Origin: Chiloscyllium plagiosum
Taxonomy: Eukaryota
Length of the DNA stretch: 54,231 nt
Assembly (NCBI RefSeq): GCF_004010195.1
Contig: NC_057718.1
Span: 7,272,110-7,326,340, forward strand
Direction of reading: 5' to 3'
Shown here: piece by piece, positions 48,520-54,231 of the stretch
Layout of the letters: every line of letters begins with the position of its first letter
Position numbering within the stretch: the stretch's first letter is position 1
The notes under the pieces: model-generated
The model's input: the letters and a program-made list of their open reading frames with translations, nothing else
The model's database searches: none
What the model was told of the DNA's origin: nothing
Translations under genes and position numbers: made by a program

Positions 48520-48916
48520 TATTTATCAGACTTCCAACCAATTAACCTTTCAAGTACTTCTTCTGTTCTGATACGAATTCCTTTTTGTTCCTCAGTTTCA
48601 CAAACTCTTTGGTTGCCTTGTATTTTCAGGAAGTTTTCCATATCTTCTTTCATGAAGACAGAGAAAGATAACCTGTTTTCCACGATAGAATCGCCTAGTT
48701 CCTGCTTTACCCACATGTGCACTTGATCATCTTTTCATTTTTGCAGATTCTACCTTTACGTTCCCAGCGAGTTTGCTCTCACATTCTCATTTCCCCTTCT
48801 CAGTCAGTTTCTAGTTGGTGGATTCTAAATTGCTCCCAATCCTCAGGCATACCACTTTTACTGAGATCCCTTTAAACCATGTCCTTTGACCAAATGCAAT
48901 CTTTCACTTCTTTCCA

Positions 48917-49390
48917 ATGTTGCCAGGATTGGAGGGTTTGAGCTATACGGAGAGGCTGAATAGGCTGGGGCTATTTTCCCTGCAGTGTCGGAGGCTGAGG
49001 GGTGACCTGATAGAGGTTTATAAAATCATGAGGAACATGGATAGGGTGAATAGCAAAGGATTTTTCCCTAGCCAGCTAGGTCTAAATCTAGAGGGCATAG
49101 GGTTAAGGTGAGAGGGGAAAGATTTAAAAGGGACCGAAGAGGGTTCACCCAGAGGGTTGTGTGTGTATGGACTGAGCTGCCAGAGGAACTGGTGGAGGCT
49201 GGCACAATTGCAACATTTAAAAGGCTTCTGGATGGGTACATGAATAGGAAGGGTTGGGAGGGATATGCGCCAAATGCTGGCAAATGGGACTAGATTAATT
49301 TCGGATATCTGGTCGGCATGGACGAGTTGAACCAAAGGGTGTGTTTCCATGATGTATCGCTATCTGGCTATATGACAATGACTCTGACTA
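48917..49390 (+). mobile_element. CR1/HER1 3' end
   Basis: MLPGLEGLSYTERLNRLGLFSL..RRLRGDLIEVYKIMR. Confidence 0.92.
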
Positions 49391-49628
49391 TAATGATGGC
49401 TGATTTAATTTTCTCTTTGGTGCTTCAGCCTTAAAAAAAAAGTATATTTGTTGTAGACTGTGTAGTATTTCTTTAAATACACACCATCACCTATCGCCCA
49501 TCAAGTCTTTTTGGACACTCTTCCAATAAACTACATCACACTCAAACATAATGTGACCGCTATATGAAAAAAAGTCACAATGTCCCAAAGGACTTCTTTA
49601 CAGGCAAATTATTAATTAGCCCATACCC

Positions 49629-51583
49629 TGTAGTGAATGAAACCAGGTGGATTTCATTGATCACGAGATCCTTGATTGGGTTTGTTAACCTGGGCTAATC
49701 AGGGAGCCCTGGCTGACCAATAAAACCAGGGGATTCCAACTCTATTTTGATTTAGTCCCTACCCTCCCCTTCACTGTTTTGATCACACAGCACTGTCCCT
49801 TGATGTGAAGGGCAGTGTTTGTCACTGGCCACCCGGGTGTTTTCCAATCTTCCTGGTGGTGGAAATTGAATAAAGATTCGTGCACTTTGTGTCTTTCACT
49901 GTGTCTCACACCTGCACACACACACACCATGGGTGCTGGGGAAAAAATAAGCACTACCGCACTTAGGTAAAAAAAAAAAATAAACAGAGAATTTTGTGAG
50001 CGTTTGCATTCCCTTTTTGATTTTCTTAAAAACCTTCTCCTCTGTTTTTGGCTGCACTTCAGTCCCACGCTCCTGATCTTTGGGCACCCGGTACGGAGGA
50101 AGGAGGGCAGGTCTGAAGACCTCCTCGTGGGTCTGCTCCTGGGCCTGGCCAAACTGGCCATAAACAGGTCCAGGCAGCGGGTCATGGAGGGGATCATTAG
50201 GACTGACAGCCCGCCCCTCTTCCTGGTTACGTTAGAGCCCGGGTGTCTCTGGAAAAGGAGCACGCGGTGTTCACCAACACCCTGGAGTTGTTCAGGGAGT
50301 GGAGTGCATCATTTCTCCCTCCAATTCTATTTTGATTTAGTCCCTACCCTCCCCTTCACTGTTTTTGATCACACAGCACTGTCCTTTGATGTGAAGGGCA
50401 GTGTTTGTCACTGGCCACCTGGGTGTTTTCCTATCTTCCTGGTGGTGGAAATTGAATAAAGATTCGTGCACTTTGTGTCTTTCACTGTGTCTCACACCTG
50501 CACACACACACACCATGGGTGCTGGGGGAAAAAATAAGCACTATCACACTTAGGTGGTAGTGTGGGAAAAAAAACAGGGGACTCACACAGCACTAAAAAG
50601 AAAAACAGAGAAAAAAAAAATAAAATCAGGGGATTCCAACTCTATTTTGATTTAGTCCCTACCCTCCCCTTCACTGTTTTGATCACACAGCACTGCCCTT
50701 TGATGTGAAGGGCAGTGTTTGTCACTGGCCACTCGGGTGTTTTCCTATCTTCCTGGTGGTGGAATTTGAATAAAGATTCGTGCACTTTGTGTCTTTCACT
50801 GTGTCTCACACCTGCACACACACACCATGGGTGCTGGGGAAAAAAAAATAAGCACTACCGCACTTAGGTGGTAGTGTGGGGGTTAAAAAAAAAGGATAAA
50901 AAAAACAGGAGTGGCGCCCAAAAAAAAAAGGAGGAATGTCCCTGCCCTCCCCCTCACTGTTTTGATCACACAGCACTGATCTTTGATGTGAAGGGCAGTG
51001 TTTGTCACTGGCCAAAAAATAAATAAATAAAACCAGGGGATTACCAACACCCTGGAGTTGTTCAGGGAGAGGTGGGCGCCGCAGGGAGTGGAGTGCATTA
51101 TTTCTCCCTCCAACTCTATTCTGATTTAGTCCCTACCCTCCTCTTCACTGTTTTGATCACACAGCACTGCCCTTTGATGTGAAGGGCACTGCTTGTCACT
51201 GGCCACTCGGGTGTTTTCCTTTCTTCCTGGTGGTGGAAATTGAATAAAGATTCGTGCACTTTGTGTCTTTCACTGTGTCTCACACGTATACACACACACC
51301 ATGGGTGCTGGGGACAAAATAAGCACTACCGCACTTAGGTGGTAGTGTGGGGGTTAAATTTAAAAAAAGAAGAAAAAAAAGGAGTGTGATCACACAGCAT
51401 TGCCTTTTGTGTAGGGCACTGCTTGTCAAAAAATAAATAAATAAAAAATAAAACCAGGGGATTCAGAATCTCCTCACTTCAGGGAATGACTCTGACCTGG
51501 CTGGTTACACAGTCAGTGTACTGTGCACGTGCAGATAAAGGGTGACTTGGTGACAGGATAATGGCCTCTGTGCTGTTATTTCA
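49629..51583 (+). mobile_element. Probable solo LTR (~230 bp; 49629-49735 plus 51464-51583) split by the Tx1-like array
   Basis: TG...CA termini, CCAAT-like boxes (gattggg, ctaatca), A-rich TATA-like site and gataaa near the end; no TSD visible. Confidence 0.5.
49736..51449 (+). mobile_element. Array of Tx1/L1-clade LINE 3' ends (4 long units plus short poly-A-tailed fragments)
   Basis: ORF2 C-terminus CERLHSLFDFLKNLLLCFWLHFSPTLLIFGHP...LLLGLAKLAI; repeated 3' UTR with aataaa and poly-A tails; aaaa(c/t)caggggatt recurs four times. Confidence 0.85.
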
Positions 51584-52734
51584 TTCTCATGGCATAACAT
51601 TAAACCCAAGTCAGCCCGATGGCTTTTTGGCTTTCCAATGTACCACCCCAGAACACATCTGAAGGGATTTATCCTCCACAATATTCGTGCTGATTTGGTT
51701 AACTGGTCTATGTATAAATTGAAGTCAAACCTTATTAAACTATTACCTTAGTTACAAATATCTGTAACTTCCTGACTTATGCCATTTCCAACATTATCAC
51801 TAAAGTTTGATGAACAGCTCCTAACAACATTTGCTATCCTTTGCTGTTTCTATGTTGTACCCAAATTGATTTTCCACCCTGATCTTTCAGTCAAATATCT
51901 ACTCTGCCTAATATAATCATCTCCCCCTCATTAAAAACCCTTGAATGTTCAGTTTGCGATTTTGGTCACCTTGTAGCCATGTCTCCATAATTAAACATTA
52001 TCCATTTGCCTCATTTTGTGCATTTAAATCTCCAAACCTTTTTGAAAATGCATTCAATTAAGCTACCTTTAATTCTGCCTTTACATTAGTTCCTATACTG
52101 ATCCAAAATAATGTTTGACTATTCTCTCTTAGTCTTTAAGTTTGCTTTGTACTCTTCTGTGTTCCCTTGAATCCCACCTTCTCAGTTTTCCATCCCCCTG
52201 CCAGTCTAGTTTAAACCCTCCCCAAGTGCACTAGCAAATCACACTGACAGCATGTTAGTCACAGTTCCGTTAAGATCCAAACTAATTCATCTTATATGGT
52301 CCCATTTGCCCCAAACCAGACCCAATGCCTCAGAAATCCTATACAACTTCTCCAATTTCTATTCGCACTATGTTCACCAGTTCTCCTGTTCTAATGCTTT
52401 GGAGGTCCTGCTTTTCAATCTCCCTCCCAGCTCCATAAAATTTTCTGTCAGGATCTCATTCCACCTCCTACCTGAGTTAATGGTACCAATATGCACCATG
52501 TTCTTTAGCTGGTCACGCCTCCCCGGAAAGATGTCCTGCAGTCACCCTGTGATAGTCTGACTCCTGTCACAAATGGGGCAAGATACCATCCTGGACACTT
52601 TGTAATTACCTTTACTCAATTGTAAGGACAAAGTGAGGACTGCAGTCACTGGAGATCGGAGTCAAAAAATTGTAATACCATTACATCTGATTCCAGTTTC
52701 ACCCTCTCAAAACTGCAGGATGAATTCTGTCATA

Positions 52735-52935
52735 ATATGTGCCAGAGGAAGTGGTGGAGGCTGGTACAATTACAACATTTAAAAGGCATCTGGATGGATA
52801 TATGAATGGGAAGGGTTTGGAGGGATATGGGCCGGGTGCTGGCAGGTGGGACAAGATTGGATTGGGATAACTGATGGGCATGGACGAGTTGGAACGAAGG
52901 GTTTGTTTCCGTGCTGTACATCTCTATGACTCTAA
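52735..52935 (+). mobile_element. CR1/HER1 3' end
   Basis: gccagaggaagtggtggaggctggtacaat...ctctatgactct. Confidence 0.9.
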
Positions 52936-52989
52936 TACGGTCACTGCCCCCTCAGGCCTCCTCCACCTTAAGCTTCCCAATCACATCTA

Positions 52990-53740
52990 TCTCATTACAC
53001 ATCACCAAATCCAGCTTTACCTGTTCGTTAAGTGGACTCTCCTACAAACTCCTCCAAAAATACCATCGCATAGACAATCCTCAAATTTCTTTTGTTGGGA
53101 TCCGCTACCAGCCTGATTTTCCCAGTCCACCTGCATATTGAAGTCCCTCATGATGTTTGTGACCATGCCATTCTTCCCTGCCTTTTCTATCTCCTGAGTT
53201 ACTTTCTTCCCCACATCCTGACTACTGCTAAGAGGCCCATATAACTCCCAATCACAGACTTTCTTTCCTTTGTGACTCCTCAACTTGGCCCTCGCAGATT
53301 CTACACCTTCCGCCTCCAAATCACGTCTTGCTATCAATTTAATATCATTTCTAACCAACAAGGTAACACTCTGCCTCCCTGCCTGTCCTTTAGATAGAAC
53401 GTGTATCCTTGGCTATTTAGTCCCCCGCCCAATCCTGTTGCAGCCACATCTCTGTGATAGCCACAACATAGTATCTGCCAACTTCAATTTGCACTGCAAG
53501 CTCATTTACCTTGTTTCGGACACTGCGTGCATCTAAGTACAACACCTTCAGTCCTGCATTGACAATTCCCCTTCTCAAAGTTGTTCCCTCATTGGAAGTG
53601 TCTGAAGTTAGATTCCTGACCCTTTCCATACTCTCTGTCCTATTACATGTTTTGGAAACTTTAATAAGCTCTCCTGAGCCCTCATCCCACCCCTTAATTT
53701 TTTCCATAATTTTCCCTACAACTGTACCCATCGCCCAACT
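52990..53740 (-). mobile_element. CR1 ORF2 APE endonuclease N-terminal fragment
   Basis: LKVLYLDARSVRNKVNEL....YYVVAITEMWL; YGPLSS; IMRDFN..VDW. Confidence 0.88.
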
Positions 53741-53741
53741 A

Positions 53742-53880
53742 TTTAGATTAGATTAGATTCTCTACAGCGTGGAAACAGGCCCTTCTGCCCAACAAGTCCA
53801 CACTGGCCCTCCAAAGAGAAACCTACCCAAAACCCATTCCCCTACCCTGTATTTATTCCTGACTAACATACCTAACACTG
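53742..53880 (-). mobile_element. HE1 3' half
   Basis: (ttaga)n tail, ggaaacaggcccttctgcccaacaagtccacac. Confidence 0.85.
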
Positions 53881-53886
53881 AGGTAA

Positions 53887-54231
53887 AAGTCTCTCTCTCA
53901 CTGCAACTCCCAGGTCATTTCCTCAGCCCTGAAGCTCTTCAACCATGTCCTGAAACAAACTCGCTATCACAGCCACATCTGCTTCCTCAGTGCCTGTCTC
54001 CGTAACCAACTGACCCCACACGGACTCCGGACCACCTTTAAACCAGCAGAGTTCGGACCCGAACAGGACAAACAATACAGACTACAGATTCAAAAACACC
54101 AGCAACGGTTCTCCATCAAGATCCTCCGCTCCACGCTTGCAGCAATGCGCCGGCACCTAACCTCTCTACAGTCAGCCCTGCCTCAGCTGAGGGCCACACT
54201 CTCTCAGAACTGCAAAGGACCCACTCTGTAC
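53887..54231 (+). mobile_element. N-terminal ORF region of a Penelope-like element (open to the window end)
   Basis: 115 stop-free codons KSLSHCNSQVISSALKLFNHVLKQTRYHSHICFLSACLRNQLTPHGLRTTF..., containing the H..FL..C....L.P.GL motif typical of PLE N-termini. Confidence 0.7.

Larger units (their letters stand above)
46380..52600 (-). mobile_element. Old, fragmented near-full-length CR1 (ORF1 esterase-like to RT) hosting several later insertions
   Basis: Collinear remnants: RT at 46380-47410 and 48520-48900, APE-region remnants at ~51600-52080, ORF1 VHIGT-like motif near 52480-52545. Confidence 0.6.

Noticed and set aside
49736..51449. Repeat-spacer appearance suggesting a CRISPR array or satellite
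   Set aside because: Units are hundreds of bp of LINE 3' UTR with poly-A tails in a vertebrate context; no cas genes.

Overview
Eukaryotic, repeat-saturated vertebrate DNA, almost certainly from a shark or ray (many HE1-type V-SINEs and HER1/CR1 LINEs; organism is inferred). The only host gene I can support is AIG1 (androgen-induced gene 1, AIG1/ADTRP family) on the minus strand: a 164-bp penultimate coding exon (17788-17951) and the terminal coding exon (12747-12787). Everything above 17951 is probably one long intron, because I found no upstream exon. Most of the rest is decayed, often nested retroelements: CR1, L2, HE1, a second tRNA-derived SINE with its apparent partner LINE, a DeuSINE, Tx1-like LINE 3' ends, probable solo LTRs and several Penelope-like element (PLE) families. 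Two structures stand out. (1) PLE 3' ends carry minimal type-I hammerhead ribozymes (CUGANGA-stem II-GAAAC-GUH) and repeatedly form fold-back insertions, including perfect 87-bp and 110-bp palindromes and many ORF-less hairpin mini-elements with a one-sided tail. (2) A ~1.7-kb stack of Tx1-like 3' ends sits at one site inside an LTR-like sequence, with the target motif repeated four times. There is a 563-N assembly gap. Repeat boundaries are read by eye and approximate; exon, palindrome and ribozyme coordinates were counted base by base.
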